Assembly: GCA_963794325.1 (NCBI GenBank)
Contig: CAWCDG010000007.1
Span: forward strand, 1-64,000
Direction: 5' to 3'
DNA from: an uncultured delta proteobacterium
GTDB lineage: Bacteria > Desulfobacterota > Binatia > Binatales > Binataceae
Length of the DNA stretch: 64,000 nucleotides
Below the pieces are notes generated by a model. The model was not told the origin of the DNA and did not search any database. It saw only the letters and a program-made list of their open reading frames with translations. Shown one piece after another: positions 30,344 to 39,244 of this stretch. The position numbers and the translations under genes were made by a program. Each line of letters starts with the position of its first letter. The first letter of the stretch is position 1.

Positions 30344-31792
30344 TCAGGCCGACGCCTGCTGGGCCGTCTGATGCCGTCGCTGGCGCATCGTCGAGAGAAA
30401 TTGCCGCCCCTCGTTGAGCATCCGCTTGGTCTCTTCCATCGAGGTCATCATCTTCTTCACCGACTTCAAGATGTACTTCGGCCGGAAGTAGAAGCTGCGA
30501 TAGAAGCGCTCGACCGCGCCGTAAATCTCCTCGTTGGTCAGGCCCGGATACGTGATCGTGCATTTCTGATAGCCGGATTCGTCGAGCAGCGGATCGACCG
30601 CCAGGAAGCCGTTCTTCGTCACGTAGTCGAAGAGCTCGGTGCCCGGATACGGCGACGCGAGCGACACCTGGATCGTCTCGCAGTCCATCTCGCGCGCGAA
30701 CCGGATCGATTCCTCGATGGTCTCCTTGTTCTCGCCCGGCAGGCCGAGGATGAACGTTCCATGAATCAGGATCCCAAGCTCGTGGCAATCCTTGGTGAAG
30801 CGCCGCGCGCGATCGATGCCGACGCCCTTCTTGATATTTTTCAAAATCTGCGCGTTGCCCGACTCGTAGCCGACCACGAACAGCCGGAGCCCGCCGTCCT
30901 TCATGATCTTCAGCGTTTCGTAATCGACGTTGGCGCGCGAGTTCGTGGACCAGGTGATTCCGAGCGGCTTCAACAGCTGCGCGATTTTGCGCGCGCGCGC
31001 CGGGTCCGCGGTGAAAGTGTCGTCGTCGAAGAACAGTTCCTTCATCTTCGGGAACTTCGACTTCATCGCCGATACTTCTTCGTACACATTCTCCGGGCTC
31101 CGCACGCGGTAGCGATGGCCCTGCGTGACCTGCGGCCACAAGCAGAACGTGCATCGCGCCGGGCATCCGCGTCCGGTGTACATCGACACGTACGGATATT
31201 GGCAATACGGGCTGTTGTACTTCAGATAGTCGAGGTTCTTTTCATAGACCTCGGTCACGAACGGCAGCTTGTCGAGCTCTTCATCGGTAAGCGCCGGCCG
31301 GTCCGGATTGTGATGCTGGGTGCCGTTCTTCTGCCAGCTGATTCCGCCGATCGTGCTCCAGTCGCGGCCCTCCGCTACCTCGAGCATCGAGTAATCGAAT
31401 TCTTTTCGCGCCGCGATATCGATCGCTGCCGACAGTTTCAGCGTCTCTTCAGGACGCGCCGTCGGATGCCCCCCGACCATCGCGATGATCGCATTCGGAT
31501 TCTTCGCCTTGATCGCTTCGGCCGTGCGCGCGTCCATCCTGAGTGACGGCGTCGAGGTGTGAATCACGACCAAGTCGTAATTTTTCGCCTCGTCAACCGT
31601 CATTTCGACCGTGTAATTATGCGGCGGCGCGTCGAGCAGACGGGCGCCCGGAATCATCCCGGCGGGATATGCGAGCCACGTCGGATACCAAAAAGACCAG
31701 ACCTCGCGCGTCGCCTGGTAACGTGAACCGGCACCCCCGTCGAAGTCGTCGTACGAGGGTGGATTCAGGAAAAGCGTTTTCATCACATCCAT
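30344..31792 (-). CDS. hpnJ: Hopanoid biosynthesis-associated radical SAM protein HpnJ
   Basis: Characteristic N-terminus KTLFLNPPSYDDFDGGAGSRYQ...FWYPTWLA; CPARCTFC; FFDDDTFT. Confidence 0.92.
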   Translation of the reverse strand: MDVMKTLFLNPPSYDDFDGGAGSRYQATREVWSFWYPTWLAYPAGMIPGARLLDAPPHNYTVEMTVDEAKNYDLVVIHTSTPSLRMDARTAEAIKAKNPNAIIAMVGGHPTARPEETLKLSAAIDIAARKEFDYSMLEVAEGRDWSTIGGISWQKNGTQHHNPDRPALTDEELDKLPFVTEVYEKNLDYLKYNSPYCQYPYVSMYTGRGCPARCTFCLWPQVTQGHRYRVRSPENVYEEVSAMKSKFPKMKELFFDDDTFTADPARARKIAQLLKPLGITWSTNSRANVDYETLKIMKDGGLRLFVVGYESGNAQILKNIKKGVGIDRARRFTKDCHELGILIHGTFILGLPGENKETIEESIRFAREMDCETIQVSLASPYPGTELFDYVTKNGFLAVDPLLDESGYQKCTITYPGLTNEEIYGAVERFYRSFYFRPKYILKSVKKMMTSMEETKRMLNEGRQFLSTMRQRRHQTAQQASA

Positions 31793-31949
31793 ATTTTGAG
31801 CTTACCTTAAGCCTGTCCGATTGGTTAGTCAGATGGATAATACAAACCAAGACCGTCGAAGGCAAGAATGCACGAGCCAAATACCCGCTTTGCGATCGGT
31901 GGTCGACCGTTTGCGAGCTCAAAACCTCACATTTTCGAGGAATTTTGCA

Positions 31950-31965
31950 TGGCACAGGTGATGCT
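31950..31965 (+). promoter_or_regulatory. Sigma54 (-24/-12) promoter
   Basis: TGGCACAGGTGATGCT: GG-N10-GC with TGGCAC; ends about 25 nt before ATG 31990, with GAGG RBS in between. Confidence 0.7.
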
Positions 31966-31989
31966 CAATTACCCCTGAGGGTTACGTTA

Positions 31990-32262
31990 ATGAAAAGCAA
32001 GATTCTCACCGCAATTGGGGCGATTTCGCTCGGGTTCGGGATGTTCGCGCTGTCAGGCTGCTACGAAACGAACTACCCGGGGTACGGCGGCTACGGCTAT
32101 GGATCAGGATACGGACCGGGATACTACTCAGCGCCGGTCGTCGTCGAGGATCGTTCGTGGCATTGGTGGGGCCATCACGACCGCGATGACGATCATCACT
32201 ATGAATCGCGCAGCAACAGTGGGCACGAGGAGCACGCCAATCGCGATAGCGACCACGACTAG
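31990..32262 (+). CDS. Small lipoprotein with Gly/Tyr-rich linker and His/Asp-rich tail (90 aa)
   Basis: C-terminal part of track ORF 31543..32262; MKSK + hydrophobic core + LSGC lipobox; RBS and sigma54 promoter upstream. Confidence 0.8.
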   Translation: MKSKILTAIGAISLGFGMFALSGCYETNYPGYGGYGYGSGYGPGYYSAPVVVEDRSWHWWGHHDRDDDHHYESRSNSGHEEHANRDSDHD

Positions 32263-32289
32263 ACACCGAGTGCTAAAACACTCCGCGGA

Positions 32290-33060
32290 TTAGGGGCGAG
32301 GTTCCTTCGTCGCGACAATAATCATCCGACGGGTGCCGATCCCGTACTCCTCGCCCTCGAATCCGCCGAACACCTTGGTCACTCGCATGCCCACGCGCTC
32401 GAGCAGGCGCGTCATCTCGGTCAGCGTGTACAGCCGGATCATGTGCCCGATCGATTCGCGGCGCCCGCCCTTTGGATCCACCACGATGAAGTGCACGTGC
32501 ATCCGGCTGGTCGCGAGATCGAGGTCGCGCCGCTCGACATACAACGTCCCGTCGGCGCCGGTATGCCAGTCGTTCCGGATATAGTTGTCGATAGCCCATT
32601 CGCGGTTCAGCATATCCAACAGGATTCGCCCGCCGGTTTTCAGCGCCCTGGCCGCCGATTCCAGCACTTTCAAATCCTCGGCCTCGGACTCGAGGTATCC
32701 GAATGACGAATACATATTGACGATGGCGTCGAACTTGTCGGCGAACGGAATCTCGCGCATGTCGGCGGCGACCGTCTCGATTTCAACCTTGCTCGCCTTG
32801 GCGGCCTGTTGCGCGAGTTCCACGTAATCCGGATTCAGATCGAGGCCCGTGACCTTCAATCCACGTTTCGCGAGTTGCACCGAATGCCGTCCCTGTCCGC
32901 AGCACAGATCGAGGACCGACGCGCCTTCCTTCAACTGAAGCGCGCCGGTCACGAAGGCGCTCTCTTTTTCAGCGCGCTCTTCCGTGAACATGTGGCCATA
33001 CACGTTCAGATAGTCGTTACGAAAAAAATCCACGTACCAAGCAGAACCTTGCGATACCAT
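32290..33060 (-). CDS. Class I SAM-dependent methyltransferase
   Basis: VLDLCCGQGRH, GLDL, ADMR, SSFGY; start at MVSQGSAWY. Confidence 0.9.
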   Translation of the reverse strand: MVSQGSAWYVDFFRNDYLNVYGHMFTEERAEKESAFVTGALQLKEGASVLDLCCGQGRHSVQLAKRGLKVTGLDLNPDYVELAQQAAKASKVEIETVAADMREIPFADKFDAIVNMYSSFGYLESEAEDLKVLESAARALKTGGRILLDMLNREWAIDNYIRNDWHTGADGTLYVERRDLDLATSRMHVHFIVVDPKGGRRESIGHMIRLYTLTEMTRLLERVGMRVTKVFGGFEGEEYGIGTRRMIIVATKEPRP

Positions 33061-33200
33061 CGCGATGCCTCTCAAGCGGTCAGGGTGAAATTGACAGTCC
33101 AAGTTAACGCATAACCCGCCTGCAAGATCGAGTCAGCCACAGAGCCAGTGGCTCGATCGCTTTCGATGATGCTACGGTCTTGCGCTTGGAGAGAGTGCGC

Positions 33201-33848
33201 GTGGAAAAGATTTCAATACTCGCGAGCGGTGGGCTGGACAGCTCAGTCCTCATCGCGAAGCTGGCAGCCGATGCCGAAGTGTACCCGATCTACGTTCAAT
33301 GCGGTTTCAAGTGGGAGGATGCGGAACTTGAGTTTCTTCGCTTGTTCGTCGACGCGCTCCACAATCCAAATGTAAAGCGTGCAACCATCCTCTCGGCCCC
33401 AACCGCGGCTCTCTATGGCGACCATTGGAGCGTCACCGGAGCGCGCGTTCCCGGCGCCGACGAGCCGGATGAGAACACTTACCTTCCCGGCCGAAACATT
33501 CTTCTCATTTCGTTGGCCGCCATCTGGGGCAGCACCCACGGCGTATCGCGCATCGCGATTGGATCGCTCGGCGGCAATCCTTTCCCCGATGCGACGCCGG
33601 AGTTTTTCGAGAGCTTCGGAATCGATCTCAGTCTCGGACTAGGGCATAGAATCTCGATCGAGGCACCGCTGCGCGGCTTCCACAAGGAAGAACTGATCAA
33701 GCAATTCAAAGATCTACCGCTGCAGCTTACCCTGACCTGCATGGCACCCACGGGCTCGATCCACTGCGGACAATGCAACAAATGCTTCGAACGCCAGCAG
33801 GCCTTTCTTAAAGCAGGCGTCACCGATCGCACGATCTATCTAAGATAG
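33201..33848 (+). CDS. QueC-like PP-loop ATPase (7-cyano-7-deazaguanine synthase family, divergent)
   Basis: SGGLDS, YLPGRNILL, zinc motif C-x8-CxxCxxC (TCMAPTGSIHCGQCNKC); lacks canonical YGQRH. Confidence 0.82.
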   Translation: MEKISILASGGLDSSVLIAKLAADAEVYPIYVQCGFKWEDAELEFLRLFVDALHNPNVKRATILSAPTAALYGDHWSVTGARVPGADEPDENTYLPGRNILLISLAAIWGSTHGVSRIAIGSLGGNPFPDATPEFFESFGIDLSLGLGHRISIEAPLRGFHKEELIKQFKDLPLQLTLTCMAPTGSIHCGQCNKCFERQQAFLKAGVTDRTIYLR

Positions 33849-33855
33849 CCGTTCA

Positions 33856-34866
33856 GTGCAGAGATTCCTGACCATAACCCTTTTACTTGTGCAGATAGGT
33901 ATCGTCGCGTCCTGTACTTCTCGTCCCTCGGGCGACACTAAACCATCCACCGCACTCAAAGTCGCGTTGCTTACTCCCGGCCCCGTCAGCGACGCTGGCT
34001 GGAACGCAGCTGCATATCAAGGCCTGGAACTGATCAAGGACAAGCTTGGCGCCGACACCGCCCTGGTACAGACCAAATCGCCTGCCGATTTCGAAGACGC
34101 CTTCCGCGATTTCGCATCACGAGGCTTCGACCTGATCTTCGCCCACGGGTTTGAGTACACCGACTCCGCCCTCGAAGTATCGCGGAGTTTCCCTAAGACT
34201 TACTTCGTCGTCAGCTCGGGCAGTGAGTCGTCCGCAAATGTCGCATCGATAACTTTCAACGTCGATCAGGCGACGTATGTGGAAGGCGTGCTGGCCGGCG
34301 GCGTCTCGAAAACCGGAGTAGTAGGGGCCGTAGGCGGGATAGAACTGCCGTCGATCAAGTTGTTCTTCGAGGGTTTCAAGCGAGGGTTTCTTTCAGTACA
34401 GCCCAAAGGCCGTATCCTGATCAGCTACACTGGCAATTTCGATGACGTCGGCGCAGCTAAGGAAGCCGCACTCGCACAGATCAGCCAGGGTGCCGACGTT
34501 CTGATACACAACGCAGACGCAGCTGGCCTGGGCGTCTTTCTTGCCGCCCAGCAGGGTCACGCCTACGCTTTCGGAGTCTTCACCAATCAGAATAACGTCG
34601 CCCCTGACGTGATCCTCGCCAGTGCGGTGACCTCAACTCCATTGGCCTTTCTCAAAATCGCCACCGAAGTGAAGGACAAGACCTTTCATCCCGGGATGCT
34701 GGAATTCGGAATGCAGGACGGAATGGTCAACGTGGTATTCAACTCAAAGCTGGAATCGCACATCCCGCCAGCCGCGCTGGAACGCGCCCGCAAGGTCGAG
34801 CACGATCTTGCAACCGGTAAGCTACTTCTTTCACCGACTGCCCTTCCACCTGCGCCAGCCAAATGA
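33856..34866 (+). CDS. BMP-family (PnrA/TmpC-like) substrate-binding lipoprotein
   Basis: Lipobox VASC; PGPVSDAGWNAAAYQGL, FAHGFEY, SKTGVVG, QGADV. Confidence 0.88.
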   Translation: MQRFLTITLLLVQIGIVASCTSRPSGDTKPSTALKVALLTPGPVSDAGWNAAAYQGLELIKDKLGADTALVQTKSPADFEDAFRDFASRGFDLIFAHGFEYTDSALEVSRSFPKTYFVVSSGSESSANVASITFNVDQATYVEGVLAGGVSKTGVVGAVGGIELPSIKLFFEGFKRGFLSVQPKGRILISYTGNFDDVGAAKEAALAQISQGADVLIHNADAAGLGVFLAAQQGHAYAFGVFTNQNNVAPDVILASAVTSTPLAFLKIATEVKDKTFHPGMLEFGMQDGMVNVVFNSKLESHIPPAALERARKVEHDLATGKLLLSPTALPPAPAK

Positions 34867-34906
34867 AGGACTTCGAATCAGTGAACCATAGGATGCCTTG
34901 CAAGCC

Positions 34907-35443
34907 ATGAGTCCTTATCTCTTGGCGGGACTAATCGTTCTCGGCGGGTTGGCCGTATTTTTCACCCTGCCATGGACCTTGCCGCGATCGTGGTTTAGGA
35001 CGCTCTTCTATCGCGGCGGCAGGCCGAATGCGTTCACCAAGCGGCTCAACTCCGCACAAGCGCGACTTACAGCGCGCGGAATCTTCCCGCCATTGTTGGT
35101 GGCGCTGGAAACGAAGGGTCGCCGAACCGGCAAACCGTCCCTGGTCCAACTGGTGGTGACTAATGTCGGCGCGGAACGATACCTGGTCTCGATGCTCGGA
35201 GAGAACGCCGACTGGGTCCGCAATACGCGCGCCAGCGCAGGTGCCGGATTGCTCCGCCACAAAATAACAGAGCAGGTGATGCTGGAGGAAGTGCCGGTGT
35301 CGGATCGCGCGCCGATCCTGAAGGCCTATCTGCAAGTGGCACCAGGTGGCCGCCCGCATTTCGACGTAAACCGCGACGCACCACTGGCTGATTTCGAGAA
35401 AATCGCCGCGCGCTATCCCGTATTCCGTATCGTCACACAGTGA
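34907..35443 (+). CDS. Deazaflavin (F420)-dependent nitroreductase-family (DDN-like) protein with N-terminal membrane anchor
   Basis: LETKGRRTGK, DWVRN, YPVFRI split-barrel pattern. Confidence 0.75.
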   Translation: MSPYLLAGLIVLGGLAVFFTLPWTLPRSWFRTLFYRGGRPNAFTKRLNSAQARLTARGIFPPLLVALETKGRRTGKPSLVQLVVTNVGAERYLVSMLGENADWVRNTRASAGAGLLRHKITEQVMLEEVPVSDRAPILKAYLQVAPGGRPHFDVNRDAPLADFEKIAARYPVFRIVTQ

Positions 35444-35533
35444 TTGAATCATCTGCCGATTTGTACTGATGTCGCGGACAGACTTAGACGCGTTTGCGTT
35501 CGTATCGGTTCGCTCGTACACTGCCGGTCGATT

Positions 35534-36532
35534 ATGACTGCCAACAATCTTCGAGTCTGGCTGTGTGCGGGCGCCATCCTCTTAGCCTCCTGCTCTGCCG
35601 ATTCAACGGGACCAGTCTCACAGAACGTAGCATCGAACCAACAATCGCGGGATCAGCTTGATTCCCAGAATTCCGGCGCGTCGCCGGCATGGCTTGTCGA
35701 GTTGAACCGCCTGCGCAAGACTGGTGGTCTCAAGCCAGTTGCGGAGAATGGAGCACTTAGCCGCGACTGCGAAGCCCACGCGAAATACCTAGTCGAACAA
35801 GGACCCGCGACAGAGCCTCAGTTCGAATCCTACAAAGCAGCTATCGGACTTGCTGCTCATCACGAGGATCCTTCAAGCCCACATTTCAGTGCCGCCGGCG
35901 CTGAATGCGCGGCTGGAGGCAAGGAAGCGATGGGCGTGTCTCAAAGCAACGATGTCGCGTGGGGCCGCGATCCGATCAATGACCTAGACGGTCTTTTCTA
36001 TGACGCGCCCTTCCATAGGCTATCGCTGCTTGCTCCGTGGGCTACGGTCGCCGGTTATGGAACCTGTGGAGATTATCCGAAACGAGTAGGTACTATGGCG
36101 TTGCGGGGAGAGGGTGGAATCGGCTCGCCCCTGATAATATTCCCGACCGATGGTTCCACTGTGCCCGTAGGAAAAATCGAGAGCTTCGAGGCGCCGGACC
36201 CTCTCTCATCCTGTCCGGGTTACAAAGTTCCGATAGGACTTCCAATCACTTTACAGCTAGGGTCCGGCTATCGAGGCAGAATGCAATCGTATTCGATAAC
36301 TGGCCCAGCCGGCGTGGTTGAGACCTGCGCGTTCGATTGGCTGACCTACCACAATCCCGACGCTGCCATGCAAGAGCACGCGCGAGAGCTACTCCGCGCC
36401 TTTGGAGCCATCGTTCTTATTCCGCGGCAACCTCTTATCAATGGTACCTATAAGGTTGCGGTCTCGACCGGTCGGCAGAACTTCTCATGGAGTTTTGCCG
36501 TTGCGCAACCATCATCTCTTGTTTGGCAATAG
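35534..36532 (+). CDS. CAP/SCP-domain lipoprotein
   Basis: Lipobox LASC; LNRLRK, HAKYL, HHED, APFHRLSLL; extra C-terminal beta-rich domain. Confidence 0.75.
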   Translation: MTANNLRVWLCAGAILLASCSADSTGPVSQNVASNQQSRDQLDSQNSGASPAWLVELNRLRKTGGLKPVAENGALSRDCEAHAKYLVEQGPATEPQFESYKAAIGLAAHHEDPSSPHFSAAGAECAAGGKEAMGVSQSNDVAWGRDPINDLDGLFYDAPFHRLSLLAPWATVAGYGTCGDYPKRVGTMALRGEGGIGSPLIIFPTDGSTVPVGKIESFEAPDPLSSCPGYKVPIGLPITLQLGSGYRGRMQSYSITGPAGVVETCAFDWLTYHNPDAAMQEHARELLRAFGAIVLIPRQPLINGTYKVAVSTGRQNFSWSFAVAQPSSLVWQ

Positions 36533-36533
36533 C

Positions 36534-37500
36534 TTAGTCATGCAGCTCCGGTGTTTTACCGGGCGCCGGTGTAGTGGCGAAGGCAATGGCACCTGTCAAA
36601 CCTCCGACCATCGTAGTCGCAAACCACAGCAATCCCAGCGCGATTGCGTCCTCTTTTCGCATCCCGGCCATCCCGAACAGCACCAGGTAAGCTGATTCAC
36701 GAATCCCCAACCCATTCAAGGTCAGCGGCAGGCTCGCGAACACGTTCGCAATCGGAACGCAAAGAATAAACAAGGTGAGCGGCGCGGTGAGACCAAGACC
36801 GGCTGCCAGGATGTACTGTCCCGCCGCCAGCGTAACCTGCAGCACGATCGACAAAGCGATCGCCGGGAGAAGGGCGGCAGGATGATGCAGATACGGCGCA
36901 ATGATTCCGCCCGCGCGGCGAACAGGCCGCGGCATTAGATGAATCAGGCGCGCGACGAGCGGACCTGCAAGAAATCCAGCGAAGGCAATCGCACCGACCA
37001 CGACGCGTCGGCGTGATTACCGACGATGGAATCGATGCGAAGTTCAGAAAGATCGCGGAAAAGGCCGCCAGCCAGAACAGACCGATCAACCCAACGCCGC
37101 GATCGGCGACCACCGACGCGATTGCCTCGCCCATCCTGCCGTGCCGCCGCCCGAGATAAACGGATCGCGCCGCGTCGCCGCCGAGCAATCCCGGCACGAA
37201 CAAGTTGGTAAACATCCCGACGAAGGTGTAGGCGAGGAACTCGCTATACCGGCCGTGCACTTTCAGAATCGCGGCGAGCAGCCGCCATCGATAAGCACAC
37301 ATCGCCTGACCCGCGACATACAGCGCGACAACCGCGGCAAAGTACGCGGGACGCTCACGGCTCAGGATTCGAAAAATCGGACGCGCATCGTAACGCCACA
37401 GCAACACCGCAACAACCGCGAGGCCCAACCCTGCGCGGATCGCAAACGCGCGATAGGGATGCGACGGCGCGGGTTGCTCAGTTGACGGTGATTGAGTCAC
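36534..37500 (-). CDS. Lysylphosphatidylglycerol-synthase TM-domain / flippase-like protein (UPF0104), interrupted by a 1-nt frameshift near 37005
   Basis: AYRWRLL, FTNLFVPGLLGGDAAR, VVADRGVG in one frame; SLPLTLNGLGIRE in another; removing one base near 37005 joins them. Start approximate (GTG 37500 or 37518). Confidence 0.78.
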
Positions 37501-39213
37501 GGCGCGAGATTCGTTCACGTCGGATAATTGCCCTCTTCTTTCCTTCGACGCGATCACGTCGAACTCGCCGAAGCGTTCCTTCATTCGCGCGAGGTCGCCA
37601 GCGTCGAGCACCACTACGACGCGTTCCGGCTGGTCCCATCGACGAAACATCTGATCGTCATTGTTCATGAACCAATCGTGCGCGTCCGGGTCGAGTCGCG
37701 ATCCGAAGTCGAGTTCGGTGCGACCGCCGAGCAGCACGACGCGCTTGCGATTGTAAAACGGCAGCGACTGAACGTAGCGATGGTAGCAGATGATATTCGC
37801 GTCGGGCGCCTTTTCGGCGATCGCGCGGCTGAGTGCTGCGTATGAACGCATCGGCTCGGTTTCGAGCCGCGCCCATCCGCCCGCGATCAACGCGAACGCA
37901 AGCGTAACGACGATAGCTCCGAGCCCGAGAGCCGTGCGTCGCATCACGAACATCAACGTTGTGACCGCGCCGCCAACTACCAGTATCGCACCGATCGCGT
38001 ACAACGCAGGGCGCGCGGCCATTACGTACGGTGTCCGGAATTGCGGCGCCGCGATCGCCGTGATGATCACGCCGACGCCTAACAGCGCCAGCATCGGCCC
38101 GCTTTCGATGAGGATCCGCGAATCGGGCGGTCTGCGCGCGGCGCGCGAGTCTGCGGACGGCCATGCGCATGCCACGAGTCCGTCAGCGATCAGTACGGCC
38201 AGCGGCGGGACAGCGGGCAGGATGTACGGGATCAGTTTTGCGCTGGCGCAGGAGAAAGCCACCACCGTGACGCTCGCCGCGATGAGGCAGAAACTCCGGG
38301 CCGGGTTGCGCGCACTCTCGCGCCAGGTGAGGAACGGCACGAGCAGCGTCCACGGCAACAGTCCGATCGCGAGCACAGGAAGGTAAAAGTAGAACGCTTC
38401 GCTGTGGCTGTAGTCGGTTTCGAACACGCGCCGCAGATGCTCACCGACGAAATAGAAGTTGGCGAAGCCTGGCTCGCGGATCGTCATCATCACAAACCAC
38501 GGCGCCGCGATCAGCGTGGTGAGCAGGAGTCCCGGCATCGCGCGGAATTTCGCGATTGCGCCGCGCAGTTCGCGCTTCAGTGCGAGCCAAATCAGCATCG
38601 ACAGAATTGGCAGCGCCGCGCCGACCGGCCCCTTCGTCATAACGGCCAGACCCATCGCGACGTACGCTATCCAGCACCAGCGACCGCCTTCATGCCAGTG
38701 CAGGTACAGCGAGAATGTCGCGATTGTCACCAGCGCCGTCAGCAGCATGTCGGTGGTGAGGACTTGCGCCATCAACGCGTACAGAGGAGTCGTCGCGAGA
38801 ATCGCGGCAGCGAGAATCGCATGGCGGCGGCCGAATGCGCGCAGTGCGAATACGTACGTGGCGAGTATTCCGGTGATTGCGGACAACGCGACCGGGAGGC
38901 GCGCGGCAAATTCCGACACGCCAAAGATCCAGAAGGAGAGGGTCGTCAGCCAGTAGAGCAGCGGCGGCTTCTCGACGTACGCGACGTAGTTGAGATGGGG
39001 CACGAGCAGGTTGCCGCTCTGGAGCATCTCGCGCGCGATCTCAGCGTAGCGCGCCTCGTCGGGTTCCCACAGGCCGAATGAACCGAGGTGAAACATGCAG
39101 ACCGCCAAGGAAAGCGCGACGATTGCCGCGAGGTCGAATGCGCTCGGCGTCGCAGCAGCCGACGGCGCGGCGAAACTGGGCGATCCGATTTCGTTGCGTG
39201 CGGTCCCGGACAC
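37478..39213 (-). CDS. ArnT/GT83-like membrane glycosyltransferase; 3' end probably frameshifted near 37548
   Basis: LWEPDEARYAEIAREM, EKPPLLYW, MTKGPVG, KLIPYILP; restoring one base gives C-terminus ...EGKKRAIIRR...TVN* ending at 37478. Start uncertain (GTG 39213). Confidence 0.8.
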
Positions 39214-39244
39214 GAGGGTTGAGTCTAACGTGCCGATGGGATGC

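Noticed and set aside
32268-32276. GAGTGCTAA, right half of a CIRCE element
   Set aside because: No TTAGCACTC left arm 9 nt upstream; it lies between convergent 3' ends, and no CIRCE was seen at clpB.
33201-33848. QueC as part of a defence system (Qat, CBASS type IV, Dpd)
   Set aside because: No P-loop ATPase, TatD, cyclase, TGT/DpdA or nuclease gene nearby; kept only as a divergent orphan QueC.
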